From Squalus acanthias (taxonomy: Eukaryota): DNA of 64,000 nt. The stretch spans positions 59,398,001 to 59,462,000 of the forward strand of contig CM059432.1 of assembly GCA_030390025.1 (NCBI GenBank), given 5' to 3'. The notes under the pieces are model-generated. The model made no database searches and was not told the origin of the DNA. It saw only the letters and a program-made list of their open reading frames with translations. Shown here one piece after another: positions 39,801-51,250 of this stretch (position 1 is its first letter; each line of letters opens with the position of its first letter). The position numbers and the translations under genes were made by a program.

Positions 39801-39983
39801 TGTAATTTTACACAACCACACTTCTGGCACACAGTCTCACCTACCAGGAATACATATCGGGAATTCCGGCATATGACCCTCCACGATTTTCCATCCATTA
39901 CTAGGAAGCACTCACCCGAGTTCCTGATATGTGCTCCTAGCAGGTGAGGCTCCATGTTGGGAGTGCAATTTCATAAAATTACC
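39801..39983. mobile_element. Small fold-back element (imperfect arms of about 68 bp)
   Basis: gtaatttta...ctcacctaccagga.tacatatcgggaatt is the reverse complement of gagttcctgatatgtgctcctagcaggtgag...taaaattac. Confidence 0.7.
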
Positions 39984-40009
39984 CTGACTGTCTCTGTAAA
40001 AGTCAAAAG

Positions 40010-42000
40010 CTCCAATTTTGCAAGTGCAGCAAAATCGGTGCTGCTCCCATTCAGAGCACAGCAGCACTGGAGGTGGGTGGGTGGCTTTGCCAAATTTTGA
40101 GACTATCCCCTCCCCCTAATTTTCTTATGCTCCTGCAAGAACATGTGCAGGGAGGTTGGCCAGTCGCATGATTCACAGGAGGATAAAAAAACCTAGCAAG
40201 GCAACAGCTCTTATACCTGCTGCTCACTTTTAAAGGGTTAAGTTGTCTATTTTATGTGATTACGGAAGAAAGGCAGTCATTGGTGCGGGGACAGCATGGC
40301 TTTTTTGTACAAAAATGAGGCCTTTGGGGAAGATTCCCTCATTTTCGGAGCAACCATTGAAGGTGCCACTGCTGGGGTGCAGCAAAGGAGGATGGCCATC
40401 TTTGGAGCAGAACACTACCCTCTTTTAAAACCACAGTTCAAGCTACATGGCTGGAGGGAGTGGAGCGAGTTAATGCAGATGCAGAAGAAATTCAGTGGCA
40501 TCAGAAGTGCCATGGAAAGTGTACCCACCTTTTCATACATTGTTATTGTTAGAGTGTAGAAGGCAAGAATATGAATGTTGAGCTGCTTCACCCTGAGGGA
40601 AATAGCATGCAAATCACAGAGTTAACCTTTGCCCTTTTCCCCATTTTTATTGCTCTTAGGCTGTGGGGCACAATTCTTGGGTGGGGTTGGGGGGAGTGGA
40701 GGAATGACACCTCACATTCCCTCACACACTTACAGTTCAAAGTTGTGCTCTGAATGAGACTTGCACCACAAACAGCATGCATGCTGCTTTGCAGTGCTGT
40801 TGCACAGGGGAGATGGACGAGGCACAGGGGTGACATTTGAGCTGTTCAGATACTTTCTTCACAGGCCAAGGCTGTCACAAAATAGAGAAAGGGTAAGAAC
40901 AAGTGGTGGGCTTGCTAAGTTAAAAGAGTTGTAATTTAAGGCGATCGCCTTACCCAGGGTCATTCTGGACAGGATTTTGTGAAGGTTATAGACTAGGGGA
41001 AATTTGGAGGCATAGTGCCACCATTCAAGTATCATTCATTTATTATTATTCTTTCCTACCCTTACTTACTTTCTCAATCATTTTCATGAAGAACTTTGCA
41101 CAGCAAAAGCATAATGCACAAATGTACTGTCATCTTATCTCTCCTTGAAGGTATTTCATTGGGAATCTATTGTAATTCTTCTTTCTTTTCTCTTTATCTT
41201 CCTGTAGCTTCTTCCCAAGATAATGATGATGACACACCAAGTGCCAGCACAGACTCAGGCCCATCACAGCAGCTTACAATAAACAGTGTATCTGTTACAA
41301 GCACAGCACGGATCCTAACAGTGTGTAGATTCTCAGTCATGAGGATGAATTAGGGGCGGCAGATAATCCATCACTCACAAATGAAGGTTGCAGGAGATAA
41401 AAAGGAAAGACCAAGCTGAGAGTCCAAGGAATTTCACTGCTATATGGTCAAGAGATTGGTACCCCATTGGGCCTTCCTTCAGACGGGAGTTAATGGAGGA
41501 GCAAAAGGCTATCGTGTTTTGCTTTAAAGTCTGCCATGAGTTGACTGAAGCTGCTGGTAGCGACTGTAAAGCAGTGCACCTCCACCATACAATCATGCAT
41601 GATGGTTTAGTGAAATGCAGAGAACCAGAGACTGAGTGGTATCTTCATGACTATTTGCAGGAAAATTAAAGCACAGAAGGAACAACTGCAGACCTACTTT
41701 CTCACTTTATAGTGACTGTCACGATTGAGATTTTGAACACCCACTTACAGACTGACACTGCTATATTTGATATGTGGAAGCTGGGAACAGCAATGACAGT
41801 GTGCTTCACTGACATCAGAAAGACCATATAACTGCTATCATGGTCATCCTACTAAGGAATGCAGCACCTGGTGGATGGCGGGAGAAGGGGCAGATGAGGG
41901 TTTCCGCAGATCTATCCATCCGTCTCAAATGATTGAAGTCCAACAATACCATGGCTGGTAGTCCATGCCAGAAAGATGGCAAATACCAGCAGCCATTCCA
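40010..42000 (+). mobile_element. Strongly decayed Harbinger Myb-gene relic
   Basis: FSEQPLKV, MQMQKKFSGI, and an acceptor followed by an acidic DNDDDTPS exon as in other copies. Confidence 0.45.
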
Positions 42001-42654
42001 TTGCTGGACGTGGCTCCAGCTATTGTAAAGTCATCTTGTGACCCTGGACTGAGTCATTTAATGTCACAAGCATCCATTGTGATCTACAATATCAAATATC
42101 AGCCTGAAAGCACATTTTGCTGAAGCGAGACTTTTTTCAACATATAATGGGCTGAAAATTCAGGTGGTTTGCGCCACCCATTAATGCCATGAAATGTCAA
42201 AGAAACGGAGGCTGGCACTCTTCCACCAGATGGTGAGAAATCCCGCGGTGGGTGCCATTTTGCAAGGGCCGGTAGAAGTACCGGTAAACGTGATCACTGG
42301 AGGAATTGAAATTAACCAGATTGTGATGTCAGTGCATGTGCAACGCTCACTTGATGCCCGATCTGCAGCATTCGATTGTGCCGTTCAACTTACCGGCATG
42401 GCTAAACAATGACAGGGAGAGCAGGCATTCAACAGCTGGAAGGAGGCTTCAGCAGCGATATTTAAAGGCAGCATCAGCAACCAGTTGCACCTGACATGGT
42501 TATACAGTTTGAGTGTGTCTGTGCTACTTTCTGCAACTCCAACAGCTTTCTTTACTTCCTTCAAGGTTCTAAAGTAACAGCGAGTGTTGTTACAAGTGCA
42601 GAGCTCCTTCATTATTTTTTAAAAGGCTTCTGCTCACAACACTTACTCACAATC

Positions 42655-43832
42655 ATGGGGGCTATACTGGCAGTCAATCTCGCCCTCCAGGAGCTACGGC
42701 ACAGGGAGCGAAGTCAGCAGGGATGACAGAAACCTGCGTGCAGAGGGAGGAGGAGGAGGGCCATGAGGGGCTCTCAGCTGGAGGCCTTACCCACCTATGG
42801 TCTTCCGACAGCACTTCTCCTACCTACAATTAAGCGAGGAGCAGTGTCTTAGGAGGCTACGCTTCACCAAGGAGGTGGTCATAGAACTCTGCCACCTCCT
42901 TGCAACCAGACCTGCAGCCTCAGAGCAGGATGACCATGGCTCTCCCAGTGACAGTCAAAGTTACCGTGGCCCTCAATTTCCTCGCCAGCGGATCCTTCCA
43001 GTCTGCAGCAGGGGACACAGATAACATCTCACAGTTCACCGTCCATCGCTGCATCCGGGAAGTCACTGACACTTTCTGCTCCAGGAGAAGGGACTACGTT
43101 GGCTTCACTCTCAGCAGAGAGAAGCAGGACGAGCATGCATGTGGCTTTGCCAGGATAGTGGGCTTCCCCATGGTTCAGGGCGCCATCGACTACACACACG
43201 TGGCTTTGCGGGTGCTGTATAACAATCCTGAGATCTTCCGTAACCGCAAAGGCTACCACTCACTTAATGTGCAGTTGGTGTGTGACCATGCACAGCGAAT
43301 CCTCAATGTCAATGCCTGCTATCCTGGCAGCAGCCATGAGGCCTTCATCCTGCGCCAGTCCGGTGTGCTAGCAATCTTCCAGCCACCACAGCAAACTTGA
43401 GGGTGGCTGCTCTGAGACGGGGGCTATCCACTCTGCACCTGGCTCATGACTCCCCTTCACAACCCCAACACTTGTGCCCAGCACTGATATAATGAGAGCC
43501 ATGCTGCCACCAGGAACATCATTGAGCAGACCATCGGGTTACTGAAGCAATGGTTCTGCTCCCTTGACCGCTTGGGAGGAGCCCTCCAGTACTCGGCAGA
43601 GCGGGTGTCCCATCTCGTGGTGGTCTACTGCATGCTTCACAACTTGGCCATCATGAGGGCACAGCCCTTGCCACCAGGAATTGTGGGACCACCTCAAGAG
43701 GAGGATGAGAGAAAGGAGGATGAGGAGGAGAACAAAGAGCATGATGAAGAGGAGGAAGGAAGGAGGCAGGCAGCCAATAGTCCATCTGGACGGGCTGACA
43801 ATGAACTGCTCATCAGACTCCGATTTGAATGA
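42655..43832 (+). pseudogene. HARBI1-like DDE transposase (decayed)
   Basis: VTVALNFLASGSFQ, FPMVQGAIDYTHV, FRNRKGYHSLNVQLVCD, YPGSSHE, MLHNLAI and an acidic tail; several stops and frameshifts. Confidence 0.9.
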
Positions 43833-43885
43833 ATGAAACCCCAGATCCCCGTTGCTCACCAAATCCCCATCATACCATCCCTGTC

Positions 43886-45660
43886 TCACGGAATATCACA
43901 ACGCCTCTTGGGCACAAAGCTGATCTGTTGTAGCACAGATTGCTGGGCTGCTACAACATCCTGCAAGCCTTGGTCGATGGTGGTAAACCCAGCCACGATG
44001 GTCGCAGTCAGAGCTTGGGTGGCATCACACTGAGACTGCATGAGAGCTGTCTGAGTGTTGATGGCACCAAGAAGAGATTGCAGGAGAGCAGTCTGAGATT
44101 CTGCTGCAGCACTAAGATGTTGGGTTGCTTCCGCCGGTGCTGCAATGGAAGCTGCGACATCACTCCTCATGCGCACCATCACGTCTGTGGCGACACAGAC
44201 TCTCTGGGAACGTACCATCAGTTACAGGCTGGAAATCCTGGGCTCCATGCTCTGCGCAGAGCCCCGTGGAATGTTGGAGGCAGACTCCTCCATGCTCCTT
44301 AACATTGCCGAGAGGTTTGCTGGCAGTCTTGCCATTCCACCTATCAATTCTGTGTGCATGCCCATCACCCTTCTTCTGAAGGCTTCCCCATTGAGATCCT
44401 CATCGGAGTCCTGTGCAGCCAAACTCGCACGCGAACTCGCCCTCAAGGGAGCTGGCCTCCGAGCTACCCTTTCCCCCTGGCCTTGCTCGTGCTCGGTGCC
44501 TCACTTCTACACTAGGCTTTAAAGTTCGCGTAGTGCCAGTTTCTGAGCTGGTGTCTGCGAGTGACAGATGCAGTGACATAGTGTCTTTTTTCTCCTCTTC
44601 TTGTCCCCCCTGGCTCTCTGCGGTATCCTCGGGGACAGGCTGCTCGGGTGCTTGTTGATTATCTGAAAGCAGAAAGGCACAAGAGTCGGGTTATGGTGAC
44701 ATAAGAACATAAGAAATAGGAGCAGGAGGAGGCCATTCGGCCCTTCAAGCCTGCTCCACCATTCAATGAGATCATGGCTGATCTTCTGCCTCAATTCCAT
44801 TCACCAGCCCCATCACCATATCCCTTGATGTCCTTACTAGTCAGAAATCTATCGACTTCTGTTTTGAATATACCCAATGACTGAGCCTCCACAGCCCTCT
44901 GGGGTAGAGAATTCCAAAGATTCACCACCCTCTGTGTGAAGAAATTTCTTCTCATCTCAGTCCTGAATGGCCTACCCTTTAGCTTGAGGCTGTGGCCCCT
45001 GGTTCTAGACTCCCCAGCCAAGGGAAACATTCTCCCAGCATCCATCCTATCAAGCCCTGTAATAATTTTGTATGCTTCAATGAGATCCCCTCTCATTCTT
45101 CTGAATTCAAGAGAATACAGGCCTAGTTTACTCAATCTCTTCTCATAAGACAGTCCCGCCATCCCAGGAATCAATCTCGTGAACCTTCGCTGCACTCCCT
45201 CTATGGCAAGTATATCCTTCCTTAGGTAAGGAGACCAAAATTGTACACAGTACTCCAGGTGTGGTCTCACCAAGGCCCTATATAATTGGAGTAAGACTTC
45301 TTTACTCCTGTACTCAAATCCTCTTGTAATGAAGGCCAGCATACCATTTGCATTGAACAGTGTGTGAGGCTTGGGTGCAGATGGTGGTATGTGACATTTG
45401 CTGAAGCCTTCACTCACCTTGACCACCCATGTGAGGTCATTAAACTTCTTCCTGCACTGGGTGGGGTTCCTTGGGACCACAGTGCTGGCCGTGATGTTGT
45501 CTGTAATCTCCCGCCACATGGTTCGGGATGTGTAGGGCGAGGGCTTCCTGCCAGTTTGCGGGTATAGGTCCATCCAGCTCCTCTCCACCGTAATTACCAA
45601 TGCCTCTAGAGCTTCATCTGAAAACCTCCGGGCTCTCTCCCTTGGTTGAGGATTTACCAT
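43886..45660 (-). pseudogene. Harbinger Myb/SANT-like DNA-binding gene, spliced (exon 45660-45418; last exon from 44662)
   Basis: RERARRFSDEALEALV...WREI...RNPTQCRKKFNDL; AAG|gtgagt donor and tttctgctttcag acceptor. Confidence 0.85.
44700..45352 (-). mobile_element. CR1 3' fragment nested in a Harbinger Myb gene
   Basis: LYRALVRPHLEYCVQFWSP...FFTQRVVNLWNSLP; cataagaacataagaa tail. Confidence 0.92.
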
Positions 45661-46988
45661 CACAATTTCTAAATAAATCTTGCTTGTCCTTCACCTTCTT
45701 CTGTTTGTTGTTGGGGCAGCTGAAGACCCAACCACCCTGATAATGAGGTGCTGCAGCATTAATGCACTTTCTCTTTAAGTAGTGGAAAAAACCTATGGCA
45801 AACATGACTGTGAATTAGACTGGCCCTGATATTGGTCCACCTGTTGAGCATTAAGCCAAGGAGCATCAGTTTTAGCACTGAAATCATGACTATGATCATG
45901 TTAATGAAGAGTGAGCATGAATTTTGCGTGCTACCTAGACCATTTTCAGGTGGCATAGCTTAACCTCATTTAGTCTTAACACTGCCCATTTTGTGGCTAT
46001 ACCCAATCTTTAGCCCAATATTTCTAAGTTGCTAGGATCAGGTTATCAAGGGTTAAAATAATATTACCCAAGGTTTCTCGGGGGAATGGAATCATAGCTG
46101 CCCACCGAGCAATTAAACTGCTTAATTATGCAAGTTACAGAAACTTGAAACAATGGGCAGAGCCCCCAGGAGATCAGTTAGCTGAAATAGTCATATCACT
46201 GATAAGCTTCTTGGGAAATGAATAAAGGCGATTTCCTTTGTCCTCACTCAAAGCTGGTGCAGCATCCATTGTGGGTGAACTAAATTATGAAAGATATTGT
46301 CCACCTGTAGACTTAAGGCAAGAGAAAGAGAAGTCTCTCTGTCACTCTCTGCTGGACAGTTGTGAAATTAGCGGGCAGCAGCAGAAAATTTTCTGCACAT
46401 TAAAGGGTGGATTTTCACCGAGCCAAATCAGCATTAATGGTAATGGTTTCAAAATGACTTACTGCCCCGTTAACGCTACTGCTATTTTTAAAGAGACATT
46501 ACTTTGAACGGCCGAAGCGTCCACCTGTTTCAGGTGGTAGGCCTCTTGATTAAGCAAATCCGGGTCCTATCACGTAATTAGGACCCCAGTTGCAATTTTT
46601 AGGGAGTGTTCCTTCTGGCGCCACTAAAATATTGGAGGTCACTGCTGGCCCAGACTTGCCCCCTCAACCTCCCTGCGTTCGCCTCCCTGTGGACCTACCT
46701 ATGGGTTGGTGCGTCATCTGAGCCACTTGGTCTAAATCAACTTAGCTTTGAATAGCTTAGCTAGACAAGTGAGCCTACATTTACAGAGTTAGTAAGTTGC
46801 ATTTTTATTATTTTTCAAAATAGATCCCTGGGTTATGCTATCATTTAACTAGGTAATGGGAAGTAAAAGGTGCACTTCCAAATTACAGAGGCACAAGGCT
46901 CGTTTATGGGAGTGACCGGTGATGCTGAACCTGAAAGAATATCAAGTGCAAAAACCCAAAAATAGTGGCACAATGAAATCTTACACAT

Positions 46989-48059
46989 AGGGTGAGAAAC
47001 GGGGCTCTGTAGCACCCATTTTTTAGGTGCTACGTGGCCTCCTGATGGTCGAAAATGGTGTCCACAATGCACGCGCACACTTCCAATGGGAAGTGTGCCC
47101 GATGTAACCTTGGTAAAGGGGTTTGCGCATGTGCACCTAATGACTGCCGGCAACATGCAGAGCAGGCAGATTATGACGTCAATCAGTATGCAATGCTGAT
47201 TTAATGCCAGCGCTGCCATTTTCGAACGCCACGCACCAGCCTATGCCCGGTCTTAACCTCGCACAGCTGAACACAACATTAAACGGAATGAAGGAGCTCC
47301 CATCAGCGCTACTTAAAGGGATCATTAACTACTTACAGGTTAGTTGCTGGATTATTTCTTCTGGATGTTGGTGCAATTGTATGTGTTTTTGAAGCTTTCC
47401 TGTACTTGGCTAAAGTTAGAATAGTCTACAGGGAGTGGTCTGGCTGGTGTTGAAGTACTTTTGTGTTGATTTAAAAGCTTGAACAGTGGATGAGATGGTG
47501 TAGTTGGTAGAATATGCCATTTGAAGATGAACTTACTCACCTTCACAACTTATGTGAGATCATTAAACTTCTTCCTGCACTGCATCCAGGTTCTAGGGGC
47601 AACACTCGTGGCATTGACCTCCACCACTACTTGTTCCCACTGCCTCCTGAGCATGTGTCTGGAGGGCCTCCTGACCCCCTGTGGACACAGGACATCTCTC
47701 CTCCTTTCCACCTCTCCCACCAAGGCCTCCAGTGCATTATTGGAAAAAGTTGATGCACGCTCTCTTGCATGTTCAGCCATTCAGTTCATAAAGGACTCCC
47801 ACCACCTATTCCAGCCACAATGTACCTCTCCTTTAAGAGGTGCAGGCTGCCTTTAAGTAGCGCTAGGCACTCGCCATATCAGGCCCCCTGCTGATGCGTG
47901 CAGTCAATGAACAGCACGGGTAGCGCTGGCTGCACACAGCAATCATGTAAAACAGGCAGCACAAATTTACCGTGCTGCCTGCAACGCAACGAACGGGTGC
48001 AGGTTAATCACGCACCGCGATCCTCGCGCCAGTTTTTGGGTCATACCCAATTTAACCCC
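46989..48059 (+). mobile_element. Non-autonomous deletion derivative of the same Harbinger family, TSD CAT, retaining Myb exon 1
   Basis: Both family ends present; cat flanks at 46986-88 and 48060-62; MAEHARERASTFS...QCRKKFNDLT at 47780-47550(-). Confidence 0.85.
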
Positions 48060-48864
48060 CATTGTACTCCCAAAGAACATGCAGCAAATTACTCTCTACA
48101 AAAGCTAAGCTGTCATCTTTTGACCCCTTCCCAACACTTGTTACCTTTCCACATCCCTTCCCAACAAGCATTGTCTGCATTAAGGAATAATAAAGTGATC
48201 GTAACTAATTTTCTGTAATCTACATTAATGAAGACCTTTAAGTACCACCATCATGCTTTCCCTCAGTGACAATATAAGGTGTACCTCTCCTATTGCATAA
48301 CCTGGTGCTATGTCTAAATGCTCCATGAGAGGAGGAACAACTTCGTTATTGCAATGTATGACAAATTGGATTTTGCCTGGGTTGCTTGGTAGAATACAAT
48401 ATAATAGCAATGTATCCTCTCCCCCACTTCTCCCATCCCATTGCAATAACATAACCACTAATTTCTCATCAGCAATGTCATGGGAGATCTGCTAGTAATA
48501 AAAAGTAAATTAAAGCCATTAAGCCTAAAAAATGAGGCTTACTAATCAAAACGTTGGTGCTCTCGGGTGCAGTTGAAAACACTAACCCATGGTAATATTT
48601 AATAACCCTGATAAAACTGAAATTGTGTATAATAAAAACAAATTTTAAATGCTCCAATATTCACGAAAAAGAACCTGTGAGGATGGAAGGGCACTTGATG
48701 CTTAGCTGGAAGCAAGATAATTACATTTAACGTTGCTATTTTCTTCCAGTAATAAGTCTGTAGCACCAGAGCAAGCATTTTCCATGCTGAAGCACATCCA
48801 CTAATTTAAGCAGCTGTGTAAGTAAGCCTTGTATAGAGCAATTCTAACTTGGCATTTAAGAAAG

Positions 48865-49100
48865 ATTGCCTTTTTATAACACCTTTCACAACCTCAATAT
48901 GTCCCAAAGTGCTTTAGGGACAATGTAGTACTTTTGAAGTGCAGTCGCCATTGTAAGGTAGGGAAATGCATCAGCCAATTTGCGTACAGCAAGGTCCCAC
49001 CAACAGCAATGAGATAATGACCAAGTAATCTGTTTTTTGATGTTGGTTGAGGATAACTGATTGAAGAGTGCTGGTGAGCACTGGAAGCTGCTTTTTAAAA
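48865..49100 (-). mobile_element. Partial DeuSINE copy
   Basis: Colinear with 50853-51090 (gtcccaaagtgcttta...tacttttgaagtg...gataatgacca). Confidence 0.7.
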
Positions 49101-49479
49101 TAAATTTGTGCTTCCTCAAAGCATAGCTCTTTTTTTCCCTTCTTAAATTTGTAGATTGCGTTGAAGGCTGCCATTATCTACTCTTCTGTATTTTAAAACA
49201 GGACAATCGACATGTGAAAATCTTTGTTTTGTATTTAAGAAACAATATTGCCTTTCCAAAAATTGCTTGAGAGAAAAAGACCTCAAATTCTGGAAAGCTG
49301 AATTAAAAACAACATTCTGGAAATGCACAGCACTCAGTCAGTATCTGAAAGAGTAAAGATAGGTTTATAGTCCAGGTGAGATCCTTCATCTTAATGTTTT
49401 GGAATTCTTCAACTTTATGATAGAAACTACACAAACAGGAGGCTTCCTCAATGGCTCAGACAGTTTTTTTTTATTGTTC

Positions 49480-50722
49480 CTGGGATGTGGAAGTCACTGG
49501 CAAGTCAGCATTTATTGCTCATCCCTAATTGCCCTTGAGAAGGTGGTGGTGAGCCGCCTTACTGAACCGCTGCAGTCCCTGTGGTGAAGGTACTCCCACA
49601 GTGCTGTTAGGGAGGGAGTTCCAGGATTTTGACCCGGCGATAATGAAGAAACGACGATATATTTCTAAGTTAAGATGGTGTGTGACTTGGAGGGGAATTT
49701 GCAGGTGGTGGTGTTCCCATGCACCTGCTGCCCTTGTCCTTCTAGGTGGTAGAGGTCGCGGGTTTGAGACGTGCTGCCGAAGCGTTGGCAAGTTGCTGTA
49801 GTGCATCTTGTAAATGTTACACACTGCAGCCACGGTACGCCGGTGGTGCAGGGAGTGAATGTTTAAGGTGGTGGATGGGGTGCCAATCAAATAGGCTGCT
49901 TTGTCCTGGATGGTGTCAAGCTTCTTGCGTGTTGTTGGAGCTGCACTCATCCAGGCAAGTGGAGAGTATTCCATCACACTCCTGACTTGTGCCATGTAGA
50001 TGGTGGAGAGGCTTTGGGGAGTCAGATAGTGAGACACCCGCTGCAGAATACACAGCCTCTGACCTGCTCTTGTAGTCACAGTATTTATGTGGCTGGTCCA
50101 GTTAAGTTTCTGGTCAATGGTGACCCCCAGGATATTGATGGTGGGGGATTCAGCAATGGTAATGCCATTGAATGTCAAGGGGCAGTGGTTAGACTCTTAC
50201 TTGTTGGAGATAGTCATTGCCTGGCACTTGTGTGGCGCGAATGTTACTTGCCACTTATCAGCCCAAGCCTGAATGTCATATAGGTCTTACTGCATTTGGG
50301 CATGGACTGCTTCATTGTCTGAGGAATTGCGAATGGAACTGAACAATTATCAGCGAATATTCCCACTTCTGACCTTATGATGGAGGGAAGGTCATTGATG
50401 AAGCAGCTGAAGATGGTTGGGCCTAGGACACTGTCCTGAGGAACTCCTGCAGCGATGTCCTTGGGCTGAGATGATTGGCCTCCAAGAACTACAACCATCC
50501 TCCTTTGTGCTAGATATGACTCCAGCCAGTGGAGTTTTCCCCCCGATTCCCATTGACTTCAATTTTACCAGGGCTCCTTGATGCCACAGTCGGTCAAATG
50601 CTGCCTTGATGTCAAGGGCAGTCACTCTCATCTCACCTCTGGAATTCAGCTCTTTTGTCCATGTTTGGACCAAGGCTGTAATGCGGTTTGGAGCCAAGTG
50701 GTCCTGGCGGAACCGAAACTGA
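49480..50722 (-). mobile_element. Jockey/CR1-L2-group LINE, 3' part of ORF2
   Basis: ALDIKAAFD, GVPQDSVLGP, ILGVTID, QVRSVMEYSPLAW, SLHHRR, WNSLP; A-rich tail near 49465. Confidence 0.85.
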
Positions 50723-50852
50723 GCTAGTTAAGCCAGTGACTAGAATCAACTATTCAGATAAGGAAGGGATCAGGTTCGATCAACTTGTCTGTGCTAAATT
50801 AGCTGATCTTAGGTGGGACAGAATGGCATTATGAAAATGCTGCAGGCTAAAG

Positions 50853-51250
50853 AAAGATTTGCATTTATATAGAGCCTTTCACAACAACCGGACGTCCCAA
50901 AGTGCTTTACAGCCAATGAAGTACTTTTGAAGTGTAGTCACTGTTGTAATGTAAGAAACGCAGCAGCCAATTGGTGCACAGCAAGCTCCCACAGACAACA
51001 ATGTGATAATGACCAGATAATCTGTTTTTAGTGATGTTGATTGAGGGATAAATATTGGTCAGGACACCAGGGATAACTCCCCTGCTCTTCTTCGAAATAG
51101 TGCCATGGGATCTTTTACGTCCACCTGAGAGAGAGCAGACTCCGTTTAACATCTCATCCAAAAAATGGCACTTCCGACAGTGCAGCACTCCCTCAGTACT
51201 GCACTGGAGTGTCAGCCTGGACTTTTGTGCTCAAGTGTCTGTAGTGGGAC
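50853..51250 (-). mobile_element. DeuSINE (SacSINE1/AmnSINE-like) element
   Basis: Deu-domain-like blocks (tagtgccatgggatcttttacgtccacctga; cagtgcagcactccctcagtactgcactgg) and an L2-like tail ttgcatttatatag. Confidence 0.75.

Larger units (their letters stand above)
42149..46016 (+). mobile_element. Full-length PIF/Harbinger DNA transposon with convergent transposase and Myb/SANT genes; TSD AAT
   Basis: Termini gggctgaaaatt and aatctttagccc; aat at 42146-48 and 46017-19; both genes are recognisable. Confidence 0.9.

Noticed and set aside
42655..43832. Domesticated host HARBI1 gene
   Set aside because: Has stops and frameshifts, lies within TIRs and a TSD, and is multicopy, so it is a transposon copy.
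49310..49395. Decayed repeat with a possible second hammerhead type
   Set aside because: Both the CUGANGA and GAAA boxes are mutated, so a ribozyme call cannot be supported.
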